A DNA stretch of 32,000 nt from Caedibacter taeniospiralis (lineage in GTDB: Bacteria > Pseudomonadota > Gammaproteobacteria > Francisellales > Francisellaceae). This document shows, in pieces, positions 11,104 through 19,416 of the stretch. Under the pieces are notes generated by a model. It saw only the letters and a program-made list of their open reading frames with translations, did not search any database and was not told the DNA's origin. Positions within the stretch are counted from its first letter, which is position 1. Each line of letters begins with the position of its first letter. Location of the stretch: positions 1 through 32,000 of the forward strand of contig NZ_PGGB02000013.1 in the NCBI RefSeq assembly GCF_002803295.2. Reading direction: 5' to 3'. Position numbers and translations under genes: made by a program.

Positions 11104-12366
11104 GTGATCAAACGAATAACTGCGTTAGCAAGCGTGTTATTATTATCTGGTTGTAGTGCGATTAATCAATTCTTCAATGCCAAGCAGCAAAGTGCCCCAG
11201 TTAAAAATATGCCGATACAACAAACGTATTATACGGTTCAAACAGGGGATACTTTGTATGAGTTATCGCGCCGATTTAATGTTACAGAGCGCACACTCAT
11301 TTTATGGAATCATTTGAAGTCTCCTTTTGTATTAAACCCTGGGAAAACCGTTCGAGTGGGTCCGTTGCCTGGTGAGAAAATTTCACGTGATGGTTATGTT
11401 TACACCTATCAAACAGGCAATGCAATGTATACGAAAGAAGCTGCCAGCGCGAGGGGCTTCAGTGATCAAGCAAAAATATCGGCATATATTGAGCGTGATA
11501 ATAATTTGCCAATGGTTGATCCTAATGCTGCTCCTGTAGGGGGGCAGGCAGTGCCAATTCCAGTACCAGACAAGGAGGTTGATCTTCACAACTTGGCACA
11601 GCAAAGCGATAGTGCTGCGCCGGCCCATCGAATTCAAAAGAGTACGACAGGATACTACACGGTACAAAGTGGTGATTCACTGCTTGAAATTGCTCAGGCA
11701 AATGAAGTGAGTTTCTCCGATCTGCAAGCATGGAATGATATTAAAGAACCCAGTGTACTTTATGTGGGTAAGCGTCTGCGTGTCAGGGCTCCAGTTAAGG
11801 AAACTAAAGGATTATCAGTAGCAGTACCAACGCCAGCAATGCTGAAGCCTGTAAACCTAAAACAGGAAAATAGTGCCTTAACAAAAGCGCCTCCAGAGAC
11901 ACAGAAAAACACCACAAAAGCTGTATCTGTAGCTAATAGATCAGATACTAATGTAACGGAAAAAGCTTCCATTACGGATAAAACGATTCCTTTGGGTCAA
12001 ACAGTTGCTGGAATTTCCTGGAAATGGCCATTGAAAATGATTGGTGACTTTGGCAAAGAAGGTGTTGACAATGAGCATGAGCTTGAAGTACCGGTCAATA
12101 CCCCAGTGTATGCAGCAGCAAATGGTGATGTGCTTTACGCAGGGGTGGGCATGGGGGGCTACGGTAAGATGGTGATTATTAATCACAAAGACGGCTACAT
12201 CTCAGCATACAATAATCTTTTAGATATTAGTGTTGATGAATCTCAGGGTGTCAGTCAAGGGCAAGCCATAGGCGTTGTCGGTAAGTTTAATGGGAAAAGT
12301 GTCTTGGGATTCGAAATCAGACAAGAGGGTAAAGTGCAAAAACTTTCTGATTTTTATACGTTTTAA
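11104..12366 (+). CDS. nlpD: LysM-domain / M23 peptidase lipoprotein (NlpD-like)
   Basis: Lipobox LLLSGCS. Two LysM repeats (YYTVQTGDTLYELSRRFNV and YYTVQSGDSLLEIAQANEVSFSDLQAWN). The C-terminal M23-like domain includes YGKMVIINHKDGYISAYNNL. Confidence 0.8.
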   Translation: MIKRITALASVLLLSGCSAINQFFNAKQQSAPVKNMPIQQTYYTVQTGDTLYELSRRFNVTERTLILWNHLKSPFVLNPGKTVRVGPLPGEKISRDGYVYTYQTGNAMYTKEAASARGFSDQAKISAYIERDNNLPMVDPNAAPVGGQAVPIPVPDKEVDLHNLAQQSDSAAPAHRIQKSTTGYYTVQSGDSLLEIAQANEVSFSDLQAWNDIKEPSVLYVGKRLRVRAPVKETKGLSVAVPTPAMLKPVNLKQENSALTKAPPETQKNTTKAVSVANRSDTNVTEKASITDKTIPLGQTVAGISWKWPLKMIGDFGKEGVDNEHELEVPVNTPVYAAANGDVLYAGVGMGGYGKMVIINHKDGYISAYNNLLDISVDESQGVSQGQAIGVVGKFNGKSVLGFEIRQEGKVQKLSDFYTF

Positions 12367-12447
12367 TGATGGGTTATGACTTATACTCACTGGCTCTCAT
12401 GTTGCATAGCCAAGGTCTGAAAATTATCATTATTGGATGAAAATTTG

Positions 12448-12571
12448 GGCTCCGACCATCTTCCCGCCCACTGTCACCCTGTGCGAGGTTGCAGGAGTCA
12501 TTTAAAAGCTGGATTCCCGCCTTCGCGGGAATGACCGTGACTTTTGTTTGGGCGGAAAATTTGCCTAAGCC
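12448..12571. mobile_element. MITE-like element (124 bp) with imperfect terminal inverted repeats and an 8-bp target-site duplication
   Basis: The element GGCTCCGACCATCTTCCCGCCCA...TGGGCGGAAAATTTGCCTAAGCC is flanked by AAAATTTG at 12440-12447 and 12572-12579. The ends match at 16 of 23 positions as inverted repeats. An internal hairpin ATTCCCGC-CTTC-GCGGGAAT lies at 12513-12532. It is homologous to 29732-29819. Confidence 0.75.
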
Positions 12572-12587
12572 AAAATTTGATTATGTA

Positions 12588-12607
12588 GGGGCGTATTGCA
12601 TACGCCC
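12588..12607. repeat. GC-rich hairpin repeat GGGGCGTATTGCATACGCCC (second copy)
   Basis: GGGCGTAT-TGC-ATACGCCC palindrome. The same 19-mer occurs at 2821-2839. Confidence 0.75.
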
Positions 12608-12660
12608 ATCCGGAAAGAAGCGGGGTAAATAAAAATAAAGAAACGCAAGGAGCTAGGTGC

Positions 12661-14040
12661 ATGAAAACGCGTAAAGAAACTGACAGCATGGGAGAGATTG
12701 AGGTTGATAATAGCAAATATTGGGGGGCGCAAACCGAGCGCTCCTTAGTCTATTTTTCTATTGGCAAGGAACGTATTCCCCACGAAGTTATCAAGGCGCT
12801 TGCTATCATAAAAAAAGCCTCAGCAATGGCAAATGCTGATCTGGGTATTTTGCCTGAGAATAAAAAGATCTTAATCACTCAAGCAGCCGATGAAGTTATT
12901 GAGGGTGAGCATGAGGATCAGTTTCCGCTTCATGTATGGATGACTGGCAGTGGCACGCAGTCTAACATGAATGTCAATGAAGTCATTGCTAATCGGGCGA
13001 TTGAAATCGCTGGAGGTACCTTAGGCAGTAAAAATCCAATCCACCCAAATGACCATGTGAATATGTCGCAATCCTCTAACGACACCTTCCCAACGGCGAT
13101 GTATGTCGCCGCAGCGATTGGTCTGAAAAAAACCTTAATCCCTGCAATCAATTTGATGTATGAAGGGCTTAACAAGAAAGCCAAAGAATGGGAAAAAATC
13201 GTTAAAATTGGGCGCACGCATATGCAGGATGCGGTGCCCCTGACCTTGGGGCAAGAGTTTTCAGGTTACGCTGAGCTGTTACATCAAAATATTAAGCGCT
13301 TAGAGTATGCACTTTTAGATGTCTATCAACTAGCCATGGGTGGTACAGCAGTGGGGACGGGGTTAAATGCACCAAAAGGATTTGCAGAAAAAGCATGTCA
13401 GCATATTGCTAAGATGACTGGTCTGCCTTTTGTGTCAGCTCAGAATAAATTTGCCGTACAAGGTTCACACGATGCGCTTGTTGCGATGATGGGACAAATT
13501 AAGGTGTTGGCAAATTCATTATTTAAAATCGCTAATGATATTCGCCTCTTAAGCTGTGGTCCTCGAGCTGGCTTTTATGAGTTGTTGATCCCCTCCAATG
13601 AGCCAGGCTCATCGATTATGCCAGGCAAAGTGAATCCTACTCAGTGCGAGGCGATAACTATGGCATGTGTGCAAGTCTTTGGACTAGAGCTTGCGGTGAG
13701 TATTGGAGGGAGCGCTGGTTATTTAGAGATGAACGTTTATAAGCCGATGATCATTTATAATATTTTGCAGTCGATTACACTTCTAGCTGATAGTTCGATT
13801 AACTTCACCCGATTCTTGTTAGAGGGCACCAGACCAAATAAGAAAAAAATCGATGAATATCTGCATAATTCCTTAATGCTGGTGACTGCATTAAGCCCTG
13901 TCATTGGATATGATAAGGCATCACAACTCGCGCATTATGCGGATGAGCACGATGCGTCACTAAGTGAAGCAAATAAGGTATTGAAGTTTTTATCACAACA
14001 GGAATTTGATCAAGTGGTTGATCCTTATAAGATGGTTTGA
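12661..14040 (+). CDS. fumC: Class II fumarate hydratase
   Basis: 459 aa. Motifs [43 protein letters not shown] and the signature [16 protein letters not shown] are present. Confidence 0.95.
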   Translation: MKTRKETDSMGEIEVDNSKYWGAQTERSLVYFSIGKERIPHEVIKALAIIKKASAMANADLGILPENKKILITQAADEVIEGEHEDQFPLHVWMTGSGTQSNMNVNEVIANRAIEIAGGTLGSKNPIHPNDHVNMSQSSNDTFPTAMYVAAAIGLKKTLIPAINLMYEGLNKKAKEWEKIVKIGRTHMQDAVPLTLGQEFSGYAELLHQNIKRLEYALLDVYQLAMGGTAVGTGLNAPKGFAEKACQHIAKMTGLPFVSAQNKFAVQGSHDALVAMMGQIKVLANSLFKIANDIRLLSCGPRAGFYELLIPSNEPGSSIMPGKVNPTQCEAITMACVQVFGLELAVSIGGSAGYLEMNVYKPMIIYNILQSITLLADSSINFTRFLLEGTRPNKKKIDEYLHNSLMLVTALSPVIGYDKASQLAHYADEHDASLSEANKVLKFLSQQEFDQVVDPYKMV

Positions 14041-14043
14041 GTT

Positions 14044-14181
14044 ATGAAAGAAAAAAGGAGTATTGTTGAGTCTGTAAACAAGCAAAAATATTTATTAAGT
14101 GACTGGCTGACTGAAGTGACTGAAGAAAACTTGCAATCCGAAGTCGATTTTGGTCGTGAGCTGGATAATGGAAAATGGTAA
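14044..14181 (+). pseudogene. MazE/ChpS-type antitoxin, C-terminal remnant (45 codons, no AbrB-fold N-terminal half, no toxin gene)
   Basis: My translation is MKEKRSIVESVNKQKYLLSDWLTEVTEENLQSEVDFGRELDNGKW*. It aligns with the MazE tail ...[28 protein letters not shown]. It falls below the ORF-track length cut-off. Confidence 0.5.
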
Positions 14182-15101
14182 CACGCACTTTATTCTATCT
14201 CTTTAAGTATTTTATATTTTCTACTGTTCTAATTTTTGGTGCTCTACAATTGAGATGGTTATATGCTAATAACTCTAAAGCATTTAGAGTGATCTCTTTA
14301 TCACCCAATACCACTGCAATTATCCATGATGTGATTGAACTCGCGCATAAAGCTAATGAGCAGAGTACTAAGCTTATTGGCAGCATCTATTATAGAGGGC
14401 AGCCTGCGTATTACCAAAACTATCAAAACATTGGGTCTTTTCAAGCACTGAATGTAGAGCGGATTTTAAGTCTTACCCCCGATTTGGTGATTTCTTGGCA
14501 AGGACAGACGCAACCGCAAACCATTGAAGTATTAAAGCACTTTGGAGTTAAAGTTGCGATTTTTAGCGCTAATGACTTAGTGCAATTAGCAGATTCCTTT
14601 GTTGAAATTGGGCAAGCAATACATCTTAAAAATGCGGGAAAACAATTGCAACAAAACTTTTTAACTACACTAGATAAAATAATCAAAGAAAGCACAAATA
14701 ATGTAACAAGCATTGATGCAGAAAAGCCCAAAGTACTTCTGCAATTGGCAGAGAAGCCGATATTTGTCGCAGGTGGGCACAGTATTTTGAATGATATTAT
14801 TATGCGTTGTGGCGGGGTTAGTATTTTCCAATCATTGAAGAAAGCGAGCTTTGAAACAGATATAAATGCAGTGCTAGAGAAAAATCCGGCTGTAATTATT
14901 ATGATATCAGATTCAGATGGTTGGCGTAGGACATCGTCATCTATGTGGCAGCATTGGTCAAGTTTATCTGCGGTTAAAAATAAACATATTTTTCAATTAA
15001 GCTCAGATGGTATCTCGCAATTTTCCCCACAAATCCTCTCGGGGGTGAAAAATATTTGTGATATATTGAGTGCCGTCAATTCAGCGGCTATCAAAAAGTG
15101 A
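14175..15101 (+). CDS. btuF: Vitamin B12-binding periplasmic protein (BtuF/TroA-like cluster A substrate-binding protein)
   Basis: The blocks RVISLSPNTTAI, LNVERILSLTPDLVISWQG, CGGVSIF and SPQILSGVKNICDIL parallel E. coli BtuF blocks (RVITLSPANTE, MNLERIVALKPDLVIAWRG, CGGENIF, SPRIILAAQQLCNAL). The N-terminus is hydrophobic. Confidence 0.7.
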   Translation: MVTRTLFYLFKYFIFSTVLIFGALQLRWLYANNSKAFRVISLSPNTTAIIHDVIELAHKANEQSTKLIGSIYYRGQPAYYQNYQNIGSFQALNVERILSLTPDLVISWQGQTQPQTIEVLKHFGVKVAIFSANDLVQLADSFVEIGQAIHLKNAGKQLQQNFLTTLDKIIKESTNNVTSIDAEKPKVLLQLAEKPIFVAGGHSILNDIIMRCGGVSIFQSLKKASFETDINAVLEKNPAVIIMISDSDGWRRTSSSMWQHWSSLSAVKNKHIFQLSSDGISQFSPQILSGVKNICDILSAVNSAAIKK

Positions 15102-15115
15102 CAGGAGGATAATAA

Positions 15116-15853
15116 ATGTTACATTGTGCTTTTTCTGGGGAATTATTGGGATGCCTTGTTCTGATATTATTGGGTGGCGGGGTGGTTGCTGGTGTTTTAC
15201 TCAAACAGTCAAAAGCAGAAAATAGCGGCTGGATGGTTATTACCGCGGGTTGGGGATTTGCAGTGATGATGGCAGTGTTTGTGGCGCAAGCGGCAGGATC
15301 GCCACAAGCGGATATTAATCCTGCGGTAACCCTTGAGAAATACCTGCTAGGTGATATTTATTCATCTTTTCTGCAAGTGATTTGGTTATGGCTGGCTCAG
15401 GTTATTGGCTGCTTTTTAGGGGCTGTGCTGGTCTGGCTTGCCTACTATACTCATTGGCAATATACCGAAAACGCCCATTTTAAATTAATGATTTTTTCCA
15501 CTTATCCAGCTATGCGCCATAAGGGCAGCAATTTTGTCACTGAACTTATTGCCACGACTTTGCTTATTGTGTTTGTTGGAGCATTGATCAGTTATGGCAA
15601 CCAATTACCATTTGCTAATGGTTCATTACCTTATGTCTTTGGTTTTGCCGTTTGGGGAATTGGTTTATCTTTAGGTGGTCCCACGGGTTACGCGATTAAT
15701 CCCGCGCGTGATTTAGGACCCCGAATTGCCCATGCCCTATTGCCAATTAAAGGCAAAGGTTCAAGTGACTGAAGTTACGCATGGGTCCCGATATTGGCAC
15801 CCTTAGCAGGAGCAGTGATTGGGTTTGTATTAATTCGGCTTTTTATGTTTTAA
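15116..15853 (+). pseudogene. glpF: MIP-family aquaglyceroporin (GlpF-like) interrupted by an in-frame TGA at 15770-15772
   Basis: Both NPA boxes are present (NPAVTL, NPARDLGPR). The track ORF stops at ...KGKGSSD*. The same frame continues SYAWVPILAPLAGAVIGFVLIRLFMF* to the TAA at 15851-15853, which encodes the missing last TM helix. Confidence 0.7.
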
Positions 15854-16400
15854 AGCAAAGTAGGGGCGAAAAATGTTTCGCTTTTTATTAAATCTTCTTC
15901 CAGTGCGAGCAATGCCTTCTCAAAATTAATGACAAGAATTCCATCACTAAGATATCGATCTTCCTTGCCCATATAGAGAATCGTGCACTTAGCCATAGGG
16001 TAATCCTGTTTAAAATGCTTAAGACCTGTTGGCATTCTGCAGAAATGACGGGGTCAGGGCTGATTTTCGCACACTACCCCCAACAATATAATAATTGGAA
16101 AGTTTAAGTCGATCGATGAATTCAATCAAAACATCAGTAAAACCCTTTATGCTGTAGTACCAAGCATATTGATGGCAATCAACGTAGTTTGATAAACCAT
16201 GTCCAGGAAAATCGAGGCAAACCAAGTTGTACTGCTTTTAATAAATCGCAAAGTGGTTCATATGATGTTGTCGATGAATGAAAAGCATGTAATAACAGCA
16301 AAGTTGTATTTTTCCCAGATATGGCATTTGAGTAGTGTAGATTTCCAAATTTAAAATTCATAATATCTGACTGCATACTGATTAATTTTTTTACTGTCAT
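15850..16400 (-). pseudogene. Alpha/beta-hydrolase pseudogene (at least 2 frameshifts plus an internal deletion)
   Basis: Three consecutive minus-strand ORFs in three frames read as pieces of one protein: ...TTLLLLHAFHSSTTSYEPLCDLLK / (Q)YNLVCLDFPGHGLS...YYIVGGS / C-terminal piece. The first shift maps to the A-run around 16236-16240. The total span of 183 codons is too short for the fold. Confidence 0.75.
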
Positions 16401-17584
16401 ATGACCGCTCCCGCGATTAATGCCGATAAAAAGCTGACCATAGTGGCACCATATACTAAGCGCCAGCCATGGCGCGATACAAATTTAGCGCGTTCGCTAT
16501 TTAGTGCAGCTACTGCGCCAACGACGATACCAATTGAGCTAAAGTTGGCAAAAGAAACCAGAAAGATCGAGATAATCGCAACGCTATGTGAAGAGAATTG
16601 CGTTAAGTGTTCTTTTAAGTAAAGCATTGCCACAAACTCATTTGAGACGAGCTTAGTTGCTATAATCCCACCTGCTTGTACCATTTCATTAGCGGAGATT
16701 CCAAGTAGCCAGGCTAAGGGTGAGAAGATCAATCCTAAAAGTGACTGAAAGGTGAGACCAAAAATTCCGTTAAAAATCCCATTTAGCATGCTGATTAAGG
16801 CAATGAAGCCGATAAGCATGGCGCCAACAATAATCGCTACTTTAAAGCCGTCTAACGTATATTCACTTAGCACTTCAAAAAACGTTTGCTTCTTACCAGA
16901 ATGCAAACTCATATCTTCAAAACTTTGTTCTTGGCTTTGCTCATAGGGATTTAAAATATGCAATACAATAAACGTGCTGAGCATATTAAGGATGAGTGCG
17001 GCGATGATATATTTTGAGTCCAATATTTGCATATAAGAACCAACAATTCCCAGTGAAACGGTTGACATGGCAGTTGCCGCCATCGTGTACATTCGGCGTT
17101 CCGAGATTTGCGAGAGAATGTTTTTATAGGCAATAAAGTTCTCAGATTGCCCTAGAATCAAGGAGCTTAACGCATTAAAAGACTCAAGCTTACCCATACC
17201 GTTAATTTTTGATAAAATCCAGCCTCCACCGCGAATAATAAGTGGCAGAATTTTAAGATATTGCAAAATCCCGATTAATGCCGAAACCAGAACGATTGGC
17301 ATAAGCACATTGAAGAAAAAGACAAAATTATCAGGCACGACTGAGCCAAAGACAAATTTAGTTCCTTCCATGGCGTATTGCATGATATATTCAAAGCCCA
17401 GAGAGATAACATGAATACTGTTGGCGCCTGCTTCTGACTTTAAGAGAAAATAAGCAACAACAATTTCAATAATAATCAGTTGGATAACAAACCTGAATTT
17501 GATCTCTTTACGACTCATGCTGGTAAAATACAGCGCGGTGACCAGAATAATAAACGCAAGCAAAAAGTGTAGCAGTTTGGACAT
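16397..17584 (-). CDS. nupC: NupC/CNT-family nucleoside:H+ symporter
   Basis: 395 aa, polytopic. The N-terminus MSKLLHFLLAFIILVTALYFTSMSRKEIKFRFVIQLIIIEIVVAYFLL...EGTKFVFG parallels E. coli NupC. Confidence 0.9.
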   Translation of the reverse strand: MSKLLHFLLAFIILVTALYFTSMSRKEIKFRFVIQLIIIEIVVAYFLLKSEAGANSIHVISLGFEYIMQYAMEGTKFVFGSVVPDNFVFFFNVLMPIVLVSALIGILQYLKILPLIIRGGGWILSKINGMGKLESFNALSSLILGQSENFIAYKNILSQISERRMYTMAATAMSTVSLGIVGSYMQILDSKYIIAALILNMLSTFIVLHILNPYEQSQEQSFEDMSLHSGKKQTFFEVLSEYTLDGFKVAIIVGAMLIGFIALISMLNGIFNGIFGLTFQSLLGLIFSPLAWLLGISANEMVQAGGIIATKLVSNEFVAMLYLKEHLTQFSSHSVAIISIFLVSFANFSSIGIVVGAVAALNSERAKFVSRHGWRLVYGATMVSFLSALIAGAVI

Positions 17585-17750
17585 TCCTTATTTTTCCTTC
17601 AGGTTGATTTGGTGTGATAAATAAATTTAACCGCGCGCATGTTAATACTTTTGGATCAAATTGTCATGTAATTTAGGATGCAAGAGCACGATTAAAAGTG
17701 TTAGTTTTTTGAGTGCTCGGCGACATTGCCTTTCCCCTTGCCTTACCTTA

Positions 17751-17812
17751 CCTTACCACTCTAGAGAGGAGTGGTAAGGCTTGTGGGAGAGGTCGCCTTG
17801 CCAAGCAAGGCG
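17751..17812. repeat. Two hairpins (11-bp arms CCTTACCACTC/GAGTGGTAAGG; 7-bp arms CGCCTTG/CAAGGCG), with a CCTTA x3 microrepeat at 17741-17755 overlapping the first arm
   Basis: Read directly: hairpins at 17751-17779 and 17794-17812, CCTTA repeats at 17741-17755. They overlap the last ~17 codons and the stop of the DUF2063 gene. Confidence 0.8.
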
Positions 17813-18561
17813 GGTGGGGGGTAGATTACCCCTTCATTTAATAAATTCCACATTAAAGTCCGATTGCTTGCCATTACTTTTGCTACTTCCTTCTTATCCT
17901 TGATAAGCATTACTTGTCCAAGCGCCTGCTTGAGCGTTTGAGGTGTCTGTTTTAAATGCTGTAAAAATCTTGCGGTTAGCGCATTTAATTCAAGGGATTG
18001 AACTGCGTCTTTGCTATTGCGATAAATGCAAAAAAAAGTGGGCTTTTGATCCCCTATCTCAGGCAAAAATGTCGCGCTAATTTGATGCACAGGATAATGA
18101 TAAGCGACAATTTCAGCGACATCAGACACAGAATATATCGTGTGATTATCATCAATTTCTCGAGTCATTAAAGTCGATGGCGCCTCGCCTTCAGCCATTT
18201 CAATGACCATTTCCATCCACTCATAATGCGCAAGCTCCATTAAGAAAGGGTAATCTGTTTGCCACAGCATTTTATGGTGCAGTAAGAATTCAACAAAGCT
18301 TTGAGGAATTTCATAGAAGAAGGGGGATTGGCATGGATGCTCAGCATAGAATTGTGTGACTATTTCGTGCCACTTTTTTGAGGGTAGTGCATTTATACAG
18401 ATTGGAAAACAATTACTCAGCAATTCATTTATTCCGTTAAAAAAAGATTGCTCATACACTTGCATCCTTTGAAGCGGAATACCTTCAGGCAGAGGCACTC
18501 TATCTTTGTGACGTATGCGTCTGGCAAAGCTTTTTTGGGTGGCTTGAAATTCAAATGGCAT
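17761..18561 (-). CDS. DUF2063-family RiPP maturation partner (HvfC/BufC-like)
   Basis: 266 aa. FQATQKSFARRIR...QRMQVYEQSFFNGINELLSNCFPICINAL fits the DUF2063 N-domain pattern. It overlaps the upstream DUF692 gene by 11 nt. Confidence 0.8.
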   Translation of the reverse strand: MPFEFQATQKSFARRIRHKDRVPLPEGIPLQRMQVYEQSFFNGINELLSNCFPICINALPSKKWHEIVTQFYAEHPCQSPFFYEIPQSFVEFLLHHKMLWQTDYPFLMELAHYEWMEMVIEMAEGEAPSTLMTREIDDNHTIYSVSDVAEIVAYHYPVHQISATFLPEIGDQKPTFFCIYRNSKDAVQSLELNALTARFLQHLKQTPQTLKQALGQVMLIKDKKEVAKVMASNRTLMWNLLNEGVIYPPPALLGKATSPTSLTTPL

Positions 18562-19396
18562 AAGCTTTCCCCTCTATAAAACGCTGTTGTAATTGCTGAA
18601 GTTGCTTTGTCTCTTGTAGCAAAACCTCTAATTGAGGGACTTCATTATCGCGCTCAAGCAAAGTAGGCAAGAGCCCATGCTTTTGATAGGTGTAATTGAG
18701 CAGTTGCCAAACAGGCTCGATTACCTCATCACCATGGGTATCAATAATCAAATCGGGAGCCTTTTGCCAATGCCCTGCGATGTGGATATAGGCTATTTTA
18801 TTCGTTGGCATTTGATCGATAAATCGGTAAGCGTCATAGCCATGATTAACGCTATTGACGTACACATTATTCACATCGAGTAACAACAAACAATCCCCTT
18901 CACGAAGAATTGCGTTGATAAAGTCCGCCTCTGACATATCTCCCTTGGGTAAGGCGTAATAAGAGATGTTTTCCAAAGCAATGCGCTGCTGTAACGCTTC
19001 TTGGACCTGTTTAATCCGCTTGACCACATAACTCACCGCTTCTTCTGTGAAAGGAATAGGCATCAAATCATATAGCTGCCCCTGGCTGTCACTGCAAAAA
19101 CTCAAGTGTTCACTGTAAAGTTGAATCTTGTGGTTGTGGAAAAATCTTTTTAAAGATTCAATGAAACTTATGTCCAGTGGAACCAATCCACCAATAGACA
19201 ACGACAAACCATGGCAGATCATGGGATATTGCTCGCTATAGGCACGGAGTATTTTTTGGCGCTTGCCACCAATTCCCAGCCAGTTTTCAGGAACAATCTC
19301 AAGAAAATCAACAGGATGTGGCTTCATTGCTAATAATGGACCCATAAACTGGCGTCTTAAACCAAGACCGCATGTGCCAATATTGTCTAGTGACAT
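18551..19396 (-). CDS. DUF692 multinuclear non-haem iron oxidase (MNIO; MbnB/BufB/HvfB-like RiPP maturase)
   Basis: GLGLRRQF...VDFLEIVPENW...ICHGLSLSIGG...LYSEHLSF...LMPIPFTEEA...IALENISYY...LLLDVNNVYVNSVNHGYDA...IHIAGH...IIDTHGDEV...PTLLERDNEVP is the canonical DUF692 (TIM-barrel) motif string. I prefer the ATG at 19396 over the GTG at 19417. Confidence 0.9.
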   Translation of the reverse strand: MSLDNIGTCGLGLRRQFMGPLLAMKPHPVDFLEIVPENWLGIGGKRQKILRAYSEQYPMICHGLSLSIGGLVPLDISFIESLKRFFHNHKIQLYSEHLSFCSDSQGQLYDLMPIPFTEEAVSYVVKRIKQVQEALQQRIALENISYYALPKGDMSEADFINAILREGDCLLLLDVNNVYVNSVNHGYDAYRFIDQMPTNKIAYIHIAGHWQKAPDLIIDTHGDEVIEPVWQLLNYTYQKHGLLPTLLERDNEVPQLEVLLQETKQLQQLQQRFIEGKAYAI

Positions 19397-19416
19397 AGTA
19401 ACTTCCCTGCAACACA

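Noticed and set aside
12513-12532. Homology of the ATTCCCGC-N4-GCGGGAAT hairpin to Neisseria dRS3 repeats (ATTCCC-N8-GGGAAT)
   Set aside because: The resemblance is limited to a short palindrome of the same shape. Nothing in the window, such as phage integration or flanking RS elements, supports a shared origin.
12498-12716. 72-aa minus-strand ORF upstream of fumC
   Set aside because: It is composed of MITE and hairpin sequence and is antisense to the fumC start.
12661-14181. fumC read-through fusion with the in-frame MazE-tail ORF
   Set aside because: The shared frame has a 1-in-3 chance of arising by coincidence. FumC homologues end within a few residues of ...YKMV, and the downstream peptide is unrelated to fumarase.
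15770-15772. Genome-wide TGA=Trp recoding (genetic code 4) as an explanation for the in-frame TGA in the glpF-like gene
   Set aside because: fumC (14038-14040), btuF-like (15099-15101) and nupC (16397-16399) all terminate with TGA at positions consistent with their homologues' C-termini. TGA is therefore a normal stop in this genome.
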